The notes under the pieces: model-generated
Databases searched by the model: none
The model's input: the letters and a program-made list of their open reading frames with translations, nothing else
What the model was told of the DNA's origin: nothing
In this document: piece after piece, positions 7,975-19,630 of the stretch
Position numbering within the stretch: the stretch's first letter is position 1
Layout: the number at the start of each line of letters is the position of its first letter
Translations under genes and position numbers: made by a program
Assembly: GCA_964230555.1 (NCBI GenBank)
Contig: CAXRIX010000167.1
Span: forward strand, 5,667 to 69,666
Direction: 5' to 3'
DNA length: 64,000 bases
Source: Bdellovibrionales bacterium
GTDB lineage: Bacteria > Bdellovibrionota > Bdellovibrionia > Bdellovibrionales > JAGQZY01

Positions 7975-9399
7975 ATGCTAAATAATATTGCAAAAACAAA
8001 AACAACTCGACCCACCAAAAATGATTCGAACGTTTTCGAATCGATCAATCCTTATACAGAAAAAGTTTTGGAAACCTATCCCTACGATAGTTTCGCAAAC
8101 TTGGTCGAAAAAATGCAGATCGCTGACAGTGCTTTTAAGGACTGGTCGCAGGTGGAGTTAGAAGATCGATTGGAGCCGATTAAGAATTTCGCAAATATAT
8201 TGAGAAAAAATAAACAAAAATACAGTCGCTATATAACAATGGAAATGGGTAAACTTTACGAGCAAGCCCTGCAAGAGGTCGAACTTTGTATTTCCATTTG
8301 CGACTACTGTGTCGACAAGGCGCCAGAATTTTTGGCTGATGAAGAAAAAGATCTCGACGGCGGTCGGGCCTTGATAACCTATCAGCCTCAGGGTGTTATT
8401 CTCTCTATTCAGCCTTGGAATTTTCCGTTCTATCAAGCGATTCGCTATCTGGTTCCCAATATCATTGCTGGTAATACAACCTTGCTCAGCCACGCTTCCA
8501 GTGTATGGGGTTCAGCTCGTATTATAGAGTCAGCATTGCGCGATGCCGGTCTGCCCGAAGGAGTCTTTCAACTTATTTATCCTCACTCGGAAGATCTTGA
8601 AGAGATTTACGCTTGTCGAGAAATTCGGGGTGTGACTTTCACAGGAAGTGCAGAGACAGGTGCAAAAATTGCTGAAACGGCTGCTAAAAATTTGAAAAAA
8701 ACCGTTCTCGAACTCGGTGGCAATGACGCTTATATCATCACCGAGAGTGCCGATATTGCCAGCGCCGTCAAAGCCTGTGTGATGGGCCGCCTTATCAACA
8801 ATGGGCAAACCTGTACCGCAGCCAAGCGCTTTATTGTGGTCGACAAAGTCTATCGTGAGTTCCGCAATCAGTATGTCGAAATGATGAAGGAAGTGCAGAT
8901 GGGTGATCCCATGGAAAAGACCACGAAGCTTGGTCCATTGGTGCGCCGGGATCAGCTAGAAAAGCTGAACAATCAGGTGCAAGAGTCTTTGGACCTTGGA
9001 GCTAAGTGTTTGGTCGGAGGACATATCGCAAAAAGACAGGGGTTCTTTTTTGAACCAACAGTTCTCGAAAATTTGGAAGCTGGCATGCCGGCCTACGATG
9101 ATGAACTTTTTGGCCCGGTGGCTTGTTTGATCCGCGCTGACGATTTGGATCACGCTATCGATATCGCCAACGAATCTCAATTTGGATTGGGGTCCGGGAT
9201 ATTTGGTAGTCAAGATGAGGTTATCGAAGTGGCTAAACGAAAGATTGATGCCGGGATGGTTAATATTAACGGCTACGCGGCTGCCAAACCTCATTTGCCA
9301 TTTGGAGGAGTCAAAGACTCAGGCTACGGACGCGAGCACGCCCGCTTTGGATTTCATGAATTTGTAAACATTAAAGCATTGCAGATTTTTAACAACTAA
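7975..9399 (+). CDS. NAD(P)+-dependent aldehyde dehydrogenase (succinate-semialdehyde dehydrogenase-like)
   Basis: 474 aa with the catalytic Glu context LELGGNDAYII and catalytic Cys context NNGQTCTAAKRF. Confidence 0.88.
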   Translation: MLNNIAKTKTTRPTKNDSNVFESINPYTEKVLETYPYDSFANLVEKMQIADSAFKDWSQVELEDRLEPIKNFANILRKNKQKYSRYITMEMGKLYEQALQEVELCISICDYCVDKAPEFLADEEKDLDGGRALITYQPQGVILSIQPWNFPFYQAIRYLVPNIIAGNTTLLSHASSVWGSARIIESALRDAGLPEGVFQLIYPHSEDLEEIYACREIRGVTFTGSAETGAKIAETAAKNLKKTVLELGGNDAYIITESADIASAVKACVMGRLINNGQTCTAAKRFIVVDKVYREFRNQYVEMMKEVQMGDPMEKTTKLGPLVRRDQLEKLNNQVQESLDLGAKCLVGGHIAKRQGFFFEPTVLENLEAGMPAYDDELFGPVACLIRADDLDHAIDIANESQFGLGSGIFGSQDEVIEVAKRKIDAGMVNINGYAAAKPHLPFGGVKDSGYGREHARFGFHEFVNIKALQIFNN

Positions 9400-9434
9400 G
9401 AATGTTTGCCTATTGGCAAACTTTTGGAGGACCT

Positions 9435-9746
9435 ATGCAAACACAAAATGAATTGCAAAATATTAAGGCTTTTGTTTTGGATACAGAAGCCCGTGTCGAC
9501 GCCAGTGGGGGAATGCCTCATGAGTTCACCGATAAGGTCGAAGCCATGGCCAATCTGATTCGTCAGATGGGCGATCCCGAGGAGCAGCCCAATATTTTTC
9601 AAAGACAGTTGGCGGATTTAAAACAAATGTCGACCGACCTTTGGGAGTTTTCGGCCAATAACACTCACTTGACGCCTTCGATGAAAGAGCACATCCAAGC
9701 CGTGCATTCAAAGATCGAAGAAATTGAATCACCAACCACTCATTAA
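9435..9746 (+). CDS. Hypothetical small acidic protein
   Basis: The ATG at 9435 is preceded by GGAGG. No recognisable domain. Confidence 0.45.
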   Translation: MQTQNELQNIKAFVLDTEARVDASGGMPHEFTDKVEAMANLIRQMGDPEEQPNIFQRQLADLKQMSTDLWEFSANNTHLTPSMKEHIQAVHSKIEEIESPTTH

Positions 9747-9930
9747 TCTTTAAGCCACCCCTTCTGTGGGCCCTTGGGCCTCAGGGGGGAGCTTGATGAC
9801 AAGTCCTTAATTGGGAGAATCGCAGGGGAACTGTGGTTCTTGCGCCTGCCTTGGCCAAGCTTGCGGACGTGGTTTTCGATCCATTCGTTGTTTCGAATTT
9901 TTAAATTTTCAACAAACCGAAAACTAGGGA

Positions 9931-10563
9931 TTACCTGTTCTGTTCTCGCACAAATGGAAAGACGCGGTTTTCGGAGTAATCAACGCGGCCGAGAAGATTT
10001 TCTGCAGGCACCGGCCCCCAATGCCGACTGTCGCTAGAGAAGTTTCGATTGTCGCCAATAACAAACACCTGGCCTTCTCGAAGTTGCAAACGGTCGGTGC
10101 TAGGGCTGGGATCTTCAGTCTTAACAATCGCATAGGTGGTGGCGCCGTTTTTCTCGGAATAATAGATGTTTTGCTCATCGGGGCGGTTCGAGGGAGCCAA
10201 TGTTTCTTGCGCCAGCATCTGGTCATTAACCATCACTCGCCCGTCATCAAACACCTGAACCGAGTCTCCGGCCACTGCAATCACTCGTTTGACGTATTTC
10301 AAACTGGGATCTCTGGGATAGCGAAAGGCCACCAAATCACCTCGGTCGGGGAGGTAAGGTCCCGATAGCCAAGTTTGAGAAAATGGCAAGCGCCATCCAA
10401 AAGCCGCTTTGTCCACCAGAAGAAAAGATCCCGGTTTAATGGTTGGCAGCATCGAAGTGCTTGTGAAGCTCATCCAATCGTAAGCGACGCTTCGACCGAC
10501 AAAAAATAATAGGCTGGCTCCGACAAGTAATATGACGAAGAAGTAAGAACGAAAAGTGTTCAT
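9931..10563 (-). CDS. lepB: Signal peptidase I
   Basis: N-terminal TM segment, Ser box TSTSMLPTI, and Lys and GDN boxes ([19 protein letters not shown]). The start overlaps the mrp stop by 4 nt. Confidence 0.9.
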   Translation of the reverse strand: MNTFRSYFFVILLVGASLLFFVGRSVAYDWMSFTSTSMLPTIKPGSFLLVDKAAFGWRLPFSQTWLSGPYLPDRGDLVAFRYPRDPSLKYVKRVIAVAGDSVQVFDDGRVMVNDQMLAQETLAPSNRPDEQNIYYSEKNGATTYAIVKTEDPSPSTDRLQLREGQVFVIGDNRNFSSDSRHWGPVPAENLLGRVDYSENRVFPFVREQNR

Positions 10564-11354
10564 ATTTGCTCAATAAGATTTTTCGCCATGGTTTTGTAAG
10601 CTTCGCTCACCGGGTCACCACTGTTCTGCGCCGTGTACGGAATGCCCATTTCACAGGCCATGGCCACCGCAGCCATCATTGGTATTTCGGCAAGATGTTT
10701 TATTTTGCGAGAATCAAGAAAACTCTTCAGGTCACCCTTAGGAAAAATTTGAACTTTGTCTTCTGGGCTTTCCGGGTTCAGAAAGTAAGCCATGTTTTCT
10801 ACAACACCCAAAATCGGAACATTGACTCGTTCAAACATATCAATGGATTTTTTAACGTCGGCCAAGGCCACGTTCTGAGGTGTGCAAACAGTCAAAGCCC
10901 CGCTGACAGGAACTTTTTGCACCATCGACAACTGCACGTCACCGGTTCCCGGTGGCAGATCGACAAGCAGATAATCCAGCTCGCCCCACTCCACATCATA
11001 GAAAAGTTGGTTCATGGCTTTAAAAAGCATGGGGCCACGCCAGGCCACGGCCATGTCTTCATCGACCAAAAATCCCATGCTCATAATTTTCACACCATGA
11101 CGCTCGATGGGTTTGATTTTGTTGTCTTTGGTAATTTCAGGTTTTTGATTGAGAGCTCCCATCATACGGGGCTGACTGGGGCCGTAGATATCGGCGTCAA
11201 GGAGTCCCACCTTTTTCCCCGCCTGAGCCAGACTGATGGCAATATTCGAGGAAACCGTGGACTTTCCAACACCGCCTTTACCAGAGCTGATAGCGATGAT
11301 TTTATCAACCCCGGCAATCGGTTTCTGTTGATCAAACGGATTATTTTGAGCCAT
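10560..11354 (-). CDS. mrp: Mrp/ApbC-family Fe-S cluster carrier ATPase
   Basis: Deviant Walker [11 protein letters not shown], the DADIYGPS motif and the conserved CTPQ Cys context. Confidence 0.9.
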   Translation of the reverse strand: MAQNNPFDQQKPIAGVDKIIAISSGKGGVGKSTVSSNIAISLAQAGKKVGLLDADIYGPSQPRMMGALNQKPEITKDNKIKPIERHGVKIMSMGFLVDEDMAVAWRGPMLFKAMNQLFYDVEWGELDYLLVDLPPGTGDVQLSMVQKVPVSGALTVCTPQNVALADVKKSIDMFERVNVPILGVVENMAYFLNPESPEDKVQIFPKGDLKSFLDSRKIKHLAEIPMMAAVAMACEMGIPYTAQNSGDPVSEAYKTMAKNLIEQI

Positions 11355-11419
11355 CTCATCCTCCTACGCAAGGCGTTAAGTACCTTACTTTTTTGGCAAC
11401 TCGTGAGACAATTGAGTCT

Positions 11420-11773
11420 ATGACCATAGGCAGTTTCCTAGTCCTTAATGCCGCGATTGTCATCCTTTTGGCATTCTTTTTTATGCGAGGTCAAACGAAA
11501 CAGCCCCGGCCCACGAAGTTGAATATGAAGAAGACAAAGTTCCAGCCCGTTAAAGACGTGGACGTAAATGATGAGCAAGAGTTGAATGTGTATTTCATGC
11601 ACAACGGCTACCTATGGGACGCCTATGACATCATTGGAGTGCCTGCCGGTTCGCCAATGAGCGATGTCGAAATGGCCTATATTAAAAGCCGTACCCGGAT
11701 TGATGAAGAGTCGAAAGAAGTGCTTGAGATGGCCTACGATGCGATCCACGAAAAAAAGGGCACTCAAAGTTAA
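11420..11773 (+). CDS. Hypothetical membrane-anchored protein with a degenerate J-domain-like segment (no HPD)
   Basis: The ATG at 11420 gives the TM helix MTIGSFLVLNAAIVILLAFFF. The segment AYDIIGVPAGSPMSDVEMAYIKS resembles J-domain helix I/II. Confidence 0.45.
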   Translation: MTIGSFLVLNAAIVILLAFFFMRGQTKQPRPTKLNMKKTKFQPVKDVDVNDEQELNVYFMHNGYLWDAYDIIGVPAGSPMSDVEMAYIKSRTRIDEESKEVLEMAYDAIHEKKGTQS

Positions 11774-11977
11774 AATCTTTCAAAGCCTTGATGGGAGTCG
11801 CTGTCGAGGTCTTGGAATGGGCTGAAATCCATCCGTCGACCTGATCTTAGGTGCTTAAATTAAGCGCTCAACAGGCGTCACAAAGCCTTTAATTTGCTGA
11901 AATTCCTACACCTTTTATTGACTAAAAGAGGCCTCAGAGTTACTCCTCTGATCCTGCATACAAACGGGAGAGGGCCT

Positions 11978-13306
11978 TTGGAAGTTAAGCGCTTAGAGAA
12001 TTTACAAACATTGGTTTCACTATGTAAACGCCGCGGTTTTGTTTTTCAAAGTTCCGAAATTTACGGCGGTCTTAATTCCTGCTGGGATTATGGGCCTCTG
12101 GGAGTTGAACTGAAGCGCAACATTAAAAACGCCTGGTGGAAGGCGATGACCTCGCGCCGGGATGTGGTCGGACTGGATGCCAGTATTCTTATGCACCCCA
12201 ATGTTTGGAAGGCCTCGGGGCATGTCGATAATTTCTCAGACCCGATGGTGGACTGTAAGTCCTGTAAAGCACGACATCGCGCCGATCACTTAGAAGGTGA
12301 TCAATGTCCCAAATGCGGATCCAAAGAACTGACCGAACCTCGTTCCTTTAATTTGATGTTTCAAACTCATATGGGGCCGGTGGCTGATGAAGGTTCGATT
12401 GTCTACTTACGTCCCGAAACCGCTCAGGGAATTTTTGTCAATTTTGAAAATGTGCAATCCACCCAGCGAATGAAAGTTCCGTTTGGAATTGCCCAGATCG
12501 GAAAGTCTTTCCGTAACGAAATCACCCCGGGAAATTTTATTTTTAGAACTCGTGAGTTCGAACAAATGGAAATGCAGTTTTTTGTTCAGCCCGGCGAGGA
12601 TTCTAAGTGGTACGACCAATGGAAAGAGATTCGTTTTCAGTTTTACAAAGACTTAGGTTTAAATACCGATAACATTCGTTTCCATCCCCATGGAGAGGGT
12701 GAGCTGGCCCATTACGCCAAAGAGGCGGGTGACTACGAATACAATCTGCCCATTGGCTGGCAAGAGCTTGAAGGTATCCATAATCGGGGCGACTTCGATT
12801 TGACTCAACATCAGAATCTTTCCGGCAAATCTCTTGAGTACTTTGATCAAGCCGCCAACAAAAAATACATCCCGTTCGTTATAGAAACCGCCATTGGTTG
12901 TGATCGTCTGGCTCTGACAGTTCTGTGCGATGCCTATCGCGAGGAGCATAGCGAGAAAAATGGCAAAGCCGATGTGCGTGTGGTTTTGGGATTTCACCCG
13001 ACCGTTGCCCCGGTGCAAATTGCCGTCTTGCCTCTTAGTAAAAAGCCCGAGTTGCAGGATGTTTGTTTTAAAATCGACAATGAATTGCGCGCCAATAACC
13101 TGCGCGTGCAATACGATGAATCGCAAAGTATTGGGAAACGCTATCGTCGCCAAGATGAAATTGGAACACCGTTATGTGTAACAGTCGATTTTGACACTTT
13201 GGAAGACAAGGCCGTAACTGTTCGTCATCGCGATAGCATGGAGCAAGAGCGAGTTCCAATAGAGGCCCTTGCCGATACGATCAATAAGAAGCTAATTTCC
13301 TTTTAA
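11978..13306 (+). CDS. glyQS: Glycine--tRNA ligase (single-chain class II)
   Basis: N-terminal block [34 protein letters not shown] plus class II motifs. The TTG at 11978 follows GGGAGAGGG; the ORF-track start at 11894 adds a non-homologous extension. Confidence 0.9.
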   Translation: MEVKRLENLQTLVSLCKRRGFVFQSSEIYGGLNSCWDYGPLGVELKRNIKNAWWKAMTSRRDVVGLDASILMHPNVWKASGHVDNFSDPMVDCKSCKARHRADHLEGDQCPKCGSKELTEPRSFNLMFQTHMGPVADEGSIVYLRPETAQGIFVNFENVQSTQRMKVPFGIAQIGKSFRNEITPGNFIFRTREFEQMEMQFFVQPGEDSKWYDQWKEIRFQFYKDLGLNTDNIRFHPHGEGELAHYAKEAGDYEYNLPIGWQELEGIHNRGDFDLTQHQNLSGKSLEYFDQAANKKYIPFVIETAIGCDRLALTVLCDAYREEHSEKNGKADVRVVLGFHPTVAPVQIAVLPLSKKPELQDVCFKIDNELRANNLRVQYDESQSIGKRYRRQDEIGTPLCVTVDFDTLEDKAVTVRHRDSMEQERVPIEALADTINKKLISF

Positions 13307-13322
13307 AGGGAGAGGTTCAAGC

Positions 13323-15977
13323 ATGAGTCAAAAATACGTATACTTTTTTGCCCAAGGCGAGTCCGAAGGTAACACTTCCATGAAAAACACTCTTGGTGGT
13401 AAAGGGGCCAACTTGGCAGAGATGACCAACTTGGGAATTCCGGTACCTCCTGGATTTACCATTGCAACCGACGTTTGTAGCGAGTTCTACAAGCAAGGAG
13501 AACAGTTGCCTGAGGCTGTGCGCTCACAAGTGACGGAGGCTTTGGCTCGCGTTGAAGAGAAGATCGGCAAAAAGTTTGGCGATGCCAAAAATCCACTGCT
13601 GGTCAGTGTGCGCTCTGGAGCTCGCGCCTCGATGCCGGGGATGATGGATACAATCCTCAACCTCGGATTAAATGACGAAACTGTTGAAGGTTTGGCTCAG
13701 TCTTCGAAAAATGAACGATTCGCTTGGGACTCTTATCGACGCTTTATTCAAATGTACTCCAATGTCGTCATGGGCATGAACACGTCGTTACTTGAAATGA
13801 CTTTTGAAGATATGAAAGACGCCAAAGGTTATACGAAAGATACCGAGATGACGGCCGAGGATCTGAAACAGCTTGTTGAATCTTTTAAAACTCAAATCAC
13901 TGACACCACCGCCAAAACGTTTCCAATGGATCCGACCGAGCAACTGTGGGGTGCCATTGAGGCGGTTTTTTCCAGTTGGAACAACGACCGCGCCATCTCT
14001 TACCGTCGCCTGAATGGGATTCCTGACGAATGGGGGACTGCGGTGAATGTTCAATCGATGGTGTTTGGAAACTTGGGTGAGGAGTCGGGAACCGGTGTGG
14101 CTTTCACGCGTGATCCCTCCACTGGCGAAAAAGTATTTTTCGGTGAGTATCTTATGAACGCCCAAGGTGAAGATGTGGTGGCTGGAATTCGCACACCGCA
14201 GCCGATCACCAAGGCGGCCGCCGAAGGGACGGGTTTGCAGTCCCTGGAAGTTGAATGCCCCGAGGTTTATAAAACATTGGTTGAAACCTATGAAAAACTT
14301 GAAAAGCATTACCGAGATATGCAAGACATCGAGTTTACCATTGAAAATGGTCAACTTTGGATGCTGCAAACGCGCACCGGTAAACGCACCGCTCGTGCGG
14401 CGTTGCGGATCGCCGTTGAAATGATCGAAGAAAAATTAATCAGTGAAGAAGAGGCCATCCGTCGGATTGATCCGATGGCTTTGGATCAACTTTTGCACCC
14501 AACCTTGGATCCAGAAAGTGAAAGAACCTTGATGGCCAAAGGCCTGCCGGCCAGCCCCGGTGGGGTATCAGGGAAAGTTGTGTTTTCCAGTGAAGACGCC
14601 GTTCAATGGAAAGAAAAAGGTGAAAAAGTGATCTTGGTGCGGGTTGAAACGTCGCCTGAAGACATTGATGGCATGATTTCCTCCGAAGGAATTTTAACCT
14701 CGCGGGGAGGCATGACGTCCCATGCGGCGGTTGTGGCACGAGGTATGGGTAAATGTTGTGTGGCGGGTTGTGGCGATGTCACAGTCAGTGAACACGACAA
14801 ACAGTTTCGCGCCAATGGTTATGTGGTGAAGGAAGGGGAGATGATTACCCTGGATGGCTCCACCGGCGAGGTTTTCTTGGGTGAGGTGAAAACCATTCCA
14901 CCGCAGTTGGAAGGACCTTTCGAGAAAATCATGGAGATGGCCGACAAATACCGCAAAGTGAAAGTGCGAACCAACGCCGACACCCCGGCGGACGCAGCGA
15001 CTGCTGTCGAATTTGGTGCCGAGGGTATTGGCCTGTGCCGAACCGAGCATATGTTTTTTGCTCCCGAAAGAATCGATTGGGTTCGCCGTATGATTTTGGC
15101 TGAAAACAAAGAGGAGCGTGAGCGCGCCTTGGATCAATTGCTTCCCATGCAACGGGATGACTTTTACGGAATTTTTAAAGCCATGGGTGATCGACCGGTC
15201 ACCATCCGTTTACTGGATCCACCTCTTCATGAATTTTTACCCCATGACGATGCTGAGGCTAAAGAGTTGGCTCAGCGTTTGGACGTGCCCTACAGTGACT
15301 TGCGCACCAAGGTCAAAATTCTTCATGAGTTCAATCCAATGCTGGGACATCGAGGCTGTCGCTTAGCCATTACCTATCCGGAAGTTTACGTGATGCAAGC
15401 GCGGGCCATCGCCGAAGCGGCGGCTCAGCTGACGGAGGAGGGAAATACCCTAATTCCAGAGATTATGATCCCTTTGGTGGGGGAAGCCAAAGAGCTTTCC
15501 CTGTTGCGCGAACTGGTTGTGAAAACTGTTGAGAAAGTGAAAACCGATAAGAAAGTGGACTTCCAATATTTAATTGGAACCATGATCGAATTGCCTCGTG
15601 CGGCCATCACAGCCAATGAAGTGGCTGAATATGCTGACTTTTTTAGCTTTGGCACCAACGATTTGACGCAGACCACCTTAGGCCTTTCCCGTGATGATTC
15701 CGGCCGCTTCTTGAATACCTACGTTTCTAAAGGCATTTACGCCGCTGATCCCTTTGTGTCCCTTGATCAAGGCGGAGTCGGGCAATTGGTAAAAATGGGT
15801 GTTGACCTTGGTCGAGGCTCCAAGCCAGACTTAAAAGTCGGAATATGTGGAGAACATGGTGGCGACCCCGCCAGCATCCGTTTCTTTGTCCAAGCGGGCA
15901 TGGATTATGTGAGTTGTTCTCCTTTCCGAGTGCCTATTGCACGATTGGCAGCGGCCCAGGCCGCATTGAGCCACTGA
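13323..15977 (+). CDS. ppdK: Pyruvate, phosphate dikinase
   Basis: 884 aa with the phosphohistidine motif [15 protein letters not shown] and the C-terminal PEP-utilising TIM-barrel motifs GTNDLTQ and CGEHGGDP. Confidence 0.95.
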   Translation: MSQKYVYFFAQGESEGNTSMKNTLGGKGANLAEMTNLGIPVPPGFTIATDVCSEFYKQGEQLPEAVRSQVTEALARVEEKIGKKFGDAKNPLLVSVRSGARASMPGMMDTILNLGLNDETVEGLAQSSKNERFAWDSYRRFIQMYSNVVMGMNTSLLEMTFEDMKDAKGYTKDTEMTAEDLKQLVESFKTQITDTTAKTFPMDPTEQLWGAIEAVFSSWNNDRAISYRRLNGIPDEWGTAVNVQSMVFGNLGEESGTGVAFTRDPSTGEKVFFGEYLMNAQGEDVVAGIRTPQPITKAAAEGTGLQSLEVECPEVYKTLVETYEKLEKHYRDMQDIEFTIENGQLWMLQTRTGKRTARAALRIAVEMIEEKLISEEEAIRRIDPMALDQLLHPTLDPESERTLMAKGLPASPGGVSGKVVFSSEDAVQWKEKGEKVILVRVETSPEDIDGMISSEGILTSRGGMTSHAAVVARGMGKCCVAGCGDVTVSEHDKQFRANGYVVKEGEMITLDGSTGEVFLGEVKTIPPQLEGPFEKIMEMADKYRKVKVRTNADTPADAATAVEFGAEGIGLCRTEHMFFAPERIDWVRRMILAENKEERERALDQLLPMQRDDFYGIFKAMGDRPVTIRLLDPPLHEFLPHDDAEAKELAQRLDVPYSDLRTKVKILHEFNPMLGHRGCRLAITYPEVYVMQARAIAEAAAQLTEEGNTLIPEIMIPLVGEAKELSLLRELVVKTVEKVKTDKKVDFQYLIGTMIELPRAAITANEVAEYADFFSFGTNDLTQTTLGLSRDDSGRFLNTYVSKGIYAADPFVSLDQGGVGQLVKMGVDLGRGSKPDLKVGICGEHGGDPASIRFFVQAGMDYVSCSPFRVPIARLAAAQAALSH

Positions 15978-16000
15978 ACTACATCTAGAGGGGATCGACG

Positions 16001-19000
16001 TTGCGGATTAAAAAGCTAGAGCTCATAGGGTTTAAATCGTTCAAAGATCGTACGGTCATTCATTTTGATGCCGGCATCACCGGGGTGGTCGGCCCCAACG
16101 GCTGTGGTAAGTCCAATATTGTGGACGCCTTGGTTTGGGTAATGGGTGAAATGTCGGCCAAACACCTTCGTGGTTCGTCCAAGGAAGATGTTATTTTTGC
16201 CGGAGCTGAAGGCTATGCCCCCTTGGGTATGTGTGAGGTGTCTTTAACTCTTGAAAATGACGGTGGGGCTTTTCCAGTCAAATACTTGAATCACTCGGAA
16301 GTGATGGTCACCCGTCGTTTGCATCGCTCGGGCGACTCTGAATATTTGGTGAATCGTGAGCCGGCGCGTCTTCGTGATATTCAAGAGATCTTTATGGACA
16401 CCGGAGCCGGATCAAAAGGTTTCAGTATTATCCAGCAGGGAATGATTGGTAAAATTGTGACCAGCAAGCCGGAAGAGCGCCGTGTTCTTATTGAAGAGGC
16501 CGCCGGGATTACAAAATTTAAAGCCCGAAAAAGAGAATCACAAAGAAAGCTAAAAGCCACTGACGCCAATCTGGTACGCTTGCAGGACATTATTGGTGAA
16601 CTCAAGCGTCAGTTGGACAGTTTGCAGCGCCAGGCGCAAAGAGCCGAACGCTACCGTAAACTGAAAAGAGAAGTGGAAGAGATCGAGCTATGGACATCGT
16701 CTAAAGAGTATGTGGCTCTTAAAGAAAAAGTTAATCAAGCTCAGCAAGAGTTTGAGCAAGCCCAAAACCAGTCCGTTGAAAGTGAAGCTCAGGTTTCAAA
16801 GCTTGAGGCCGAGGTCTCTGGATTGCGCGGAGGAGCCGTTGAAGGCGAAAAGGCGATCGAGGACTTCCGAACTCGTTTGAAAGAAAACCAGGACAAGGTG
16901 CGAGTTCGGGAAAACGAAATTCAAGAACTGCGCTTTGAAATTGAACAGGCCAAGCGATCCAATGAGATGGCCGGCTCTCTGCTTAGTGAAAACCAAGTGC
17001 GCGAGCAAAAATTACTGTCAGAATTCAATGAAGTCACTCAGCGTTTGGCCGATATCGAAAAAGTCGCCGAAGAGTTGCGCGTCGATCACGAAACTCAAAA
17101 AAGCCACTTTGAAGAGCGCAAACAGATAATCGAAAGCAGCGATAATGAACTGAGCGACAAGCGGCGTGAGCATCTTTCTCTGACCGGTGCGGAGAACCAA
17201 ACGCGCTCGAAGCAGGGAAGTTTAGAAGAGGCCGTGGCCAACCTTGAACGTGAGGTCAACCAAGTGCGCGTGGTGATGGATGAGCTGCAAGATAAAAAGA
17301 AAGAGCTCGACGATCATCACAAGAAAGTTTTTGAAAACTACGAAAAAGAACGTCAAATGCAAATGACGATTTTGAATGATGTTGAATCTCTAGAGGCTCA
17401 ACGGGAAAGCTTGCAACAGGATTATCAGAAAAAAGAAGAAGAGGTCACCGAGTTCAAAGATAAGTTGAACGAGGTGGTGTCTCGACTCTACGGACTGGAA
17501 AACTTGCGGGACAACTTTGAAGGGTTCCAAGAAGGTGTTAAGTCTGTCATGTTTTGGCAGAAAGAGCGCCTAGAGGGGCTTCCTGAAGAAGAGCGTGAGG
17601 CGCGACGCAGCTTCCAGCCAGTCTCAGATATCGTCCGTGTGCCCGAGAAATTTGAGGTCGCCTTAGAAGCGGCTTTGGGACCAAAGCTGCAAATGTTGGT
17701 TTCGCAAGATCAAGATAAGTCTTTAGAAGCTGTTGATTATCTTAAAGAGCAGCAGTCGGGTCGCTCGACTTTCTACACCGCCCAAGGGGCTTTAGAAACC
17801 CACGATGGTTCTGAGGTTTCGATGTTGAAGTCTTGTGAAGGCGTAGAAGGTTTGTTGAGTGAAGTGATCGATGTGCCAGAAAAGCACCAAAAGACTGTGC
17901 AGGGGCTTCTTAGCGATGTTGCGGTTGTTGAAAACATTCGCGATGGAATCAACCTTCGCTCGCAATTTCCAGCTTGGACATTTGTCACCCTTGAGGGCGA
18001 TGTATTAACCCGCGAGGGAATGTTAAGCGGTGGTCACAAAGGCGATGCCTCAAGTGGTGTTCTTAAGCGCGAGCGTGAGATCGATGAACTGCGCCGTTCA
18101 AAAGAAGAGTGGTCTGGAAAACTGGCTTTGGCGACGGCCGCTATGAAGTCTGTTGATTCTCAAATGAAACAGATCGAGCAAAATTTAGAAGAAGCCAAGC
18201 GCGATAAGACCGAAAAAGAGATTCTTGTTGCCGGTCTTAAAAAAGATCTTGAGCGTTCCGAAGCTGAAGTTCGCAATGTGAACATCGCCTTCGAAAAGCA
18301 AGAAAAAGAGATGGACGCTGTTCTTGATCGTCAAAAAGCCAAACAAAACGAATTTGACGAGTTGGTGCGAGTGATCGAAGAGATGGTCGCCAAAAAAGAA
18401 GCTCTTGAAAACCGCATCGAAGAATTAACCACGACTCTTGAAACAGAGAAAATGGGAATCGACGATTTGCAGGAGAGAGTCACGAATTTGCAAGTCGACA
18501 GCGCTAAAAAGCAACAAGAGTTGATCGGCGTGCGCGCTGAACACGAGCGACTTGAGCGATCTTTGCAAGATGTGCGTGAGCAAATGAGCAAGATGGACGA
18601 AGAGTCCAACAAAAACACTCAAGTAATGAGTGAGAGCCAAGTGCAAATGGAAGAGAAAAAAGTAGAATTGGAGATTCTCATCCAGACTGTCGAAGAGCAG
18701 GAAGCGCAGTTGGCTAAAATGCGCAATGAATTTGAAGAGTCCAACGCCCGTATGTTCGAGCTTCAAGACAAACTGTCGGCCATGATGACCGATAAGAACA
18801 AGCAACAGTCGATCATGAATGAAAGCCAACTTGTTCTTGAGCAAGCAAAAATGAAAGAAGAGAATCTCCTGACTCATATTGAGGAGAAGTATCAGAAAGA
18901 CCTTAGCCAAATTGCTGATGAATATGCTCAAAGAGAGGGCGATGTCGCTCAGTCGCAAGGCGAGTTGAAATCACTGAAAGAAAAATTAGGTCGTATCGGT

Positions 19001-19612
19001 GAAGTTAATTTATCGGCCATTGAAGAGTATGATGAATTGGCCGATCGCTACGAGTTCTTAAGCAAACAGTACAGCGATCTGACCGAAGCTAAAACTCAGC
19101 TGACAAAAGTGATTGATCGAATCAATCGTATTTGTTCGAAGCGTTTCAAAGAAACCTTTGAAGCGGTCAATGATCGCTTCCAACGGGTGTTTCCCGTCTT
19201 GTTTGGTGGTGGTGAAGCGCGCTTGATATTAATTGAAGATCCGGAAAAAGATGAAATGGGAATTGATATCGTTTCAAGACCTCCGGGTAAAAAACTACAG
19301 AGCGTGTCTCTTCTTTCGGGTGGAGAAAAAGCTCTGACTGCGGTTTCGCTGGTGTTCTCAATCTTTTTGGTGAAACCTTCACCTTACTGTTTACTGGATG
19401 AGGTTGATGCACCACTGGATGATGCCAACGTTATGCGATTTAATGATTTGGTCAAAGAAATGGCTAAGCGTTCGCAGATCATTGTTGTGACTCACAACAA
19501 GTACACAATGGAAATCGCCGAAAAACTTTACGGTGTGACGATGGAAGAAAAGGGTGTTTCGAAAATGGTATCGGTCAACCTGGGAGACCTCTCTGTGCCA
19601 TCCATCCGCTAA
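16001..19612 (+). CDS. smc: Chromosome segregation protein SMC
   Basis: 1203 aa. It has N-terminal Walker A GPNGCGKSN, long coiled coils, a hinge region, the signature LSGGEK and Walker B LLDEVDAPLD. TTG start. Confidence 0.95.
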   Translation: MRIKKLELIGFKSFKDRTVIHFDAGITGVVGPNGCGKSNIVDALVWVMGEMSAKHLRGSSKEDVIFAGAEGYAPLGMCEVSLTLENDGGAFPVKYLNHSEVMVTRRLHRSGDSEYLVNREPARLRDIQEIFMDTGAGSKGFSIIQQGMIGKIVTSKPEERRVLIEEAAGITKFKARKRESQRKLKATDANLVRLQDIIGELKRQLDSLQRQAQRAERYRKLKREVEEIELWTSSKEYVALKEKVNQAQQEFEQAQNQSVESEAQVSKLEAEVSGLRGGAVEGEKAIEDFRTRLKENQDKVRVRENEIQELRFEIEQAKRSNEMAGSLLSENQVREQKLLSEFNEVTQRLADIEKVAEELRVDHETQKSHFEERKQIIESSDNELSDKRREHLSLTGAENQTRSKQGSLEEAVANLEREVNQVRVVMDELQDKKKELDDHHKKVFENYEKERQMQMTILNDVESLEAQRESLQQDYQKKEEEVTEFKDKLNEVVSRLYGLENLRDNFEGFQEGVKSVMFWQKERLEGLPEEEREARRSFQPVSDIVRVPEKFEVALEAALGPKLQMLVSQDQDKSLEAVDYLKEQQSGRSTFYTAQGALETHDGSEVSMLKSCEGVEGLLSEVIDVPEKHQKTVQGLLSDVAVVENIRDGINLRSQFPAWTFVTLEGDVLTREGMLSGGHKGDASSGVLKREREIDELRRSKEEWSGKLALATAAMKSVDSQMKQIEQNLEEAKRDKTEKEILVAGLKKDLERSEAEVRNVNIAFEKQEKEMDAVLDRQKAKQNEFDELVRVIEEMVAKKEALENRIEELTTTLETEKMGIDDLQERVTNLQVDSAKKQQELIGVRAEHERLERSLQDVREQMSKMDEESNKNTQVMSESQVQMEEKKVELEILIQTVEEQEAQLAKMRNEFEESNARMFELQDKLSAMMTDKNKQQSIMNESQLVLEQAKMKEENLLTHIEEKYQKDLSQIADEYAQREGDVAQSQGELKSLKEKLGRIGEVNLSAIEEYDELADRYEFLSKQYSDLTEAKTQLTKVIDRINRICSKRFKETFEAVNDRFQRVFPVLFGGGEARLILIEDPEKDEMGIDIVSRPPGKKLQSVSLLSGGEKALTAVSLVFSIFLVKPSPYCLLDEVDAPLDDANVMRFNDLVKEMAKRSQIIVVTHNKYTMEIAEKLYGVTMEEKGVSKMVSVNLGDLSVPSIR

Positions 19613-19630
19613 TCAATCTGTGGAGGTTTG

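Noticed and set aside
10566-11423. A 285-aa plus-strand ORF lies antisense to mrp. Similar long antisense ORFs occur elsewhere: 12659..13153, 13788..14369, 14694..15152, 18425..18958, 35001..35576, 61841..62371 and 62498..62905.
   Set aside because: Each lies entirely inside a gene with unambiguous conserved motifs on the other strand. They have no RBS and have odd, low-complexity or His/Arg/Phe-rich composition. These are stop-codon-poor antisense frames, not genes.
11774-11977. There is a possible leader or T-box upstream of glyQS.
   Set aside because: There is no specifier-loop/T-box (AGGGUGGNACCGCG-like) sequence and no terminator/antiterminator pair. Only weak, short inverted repeats are present.
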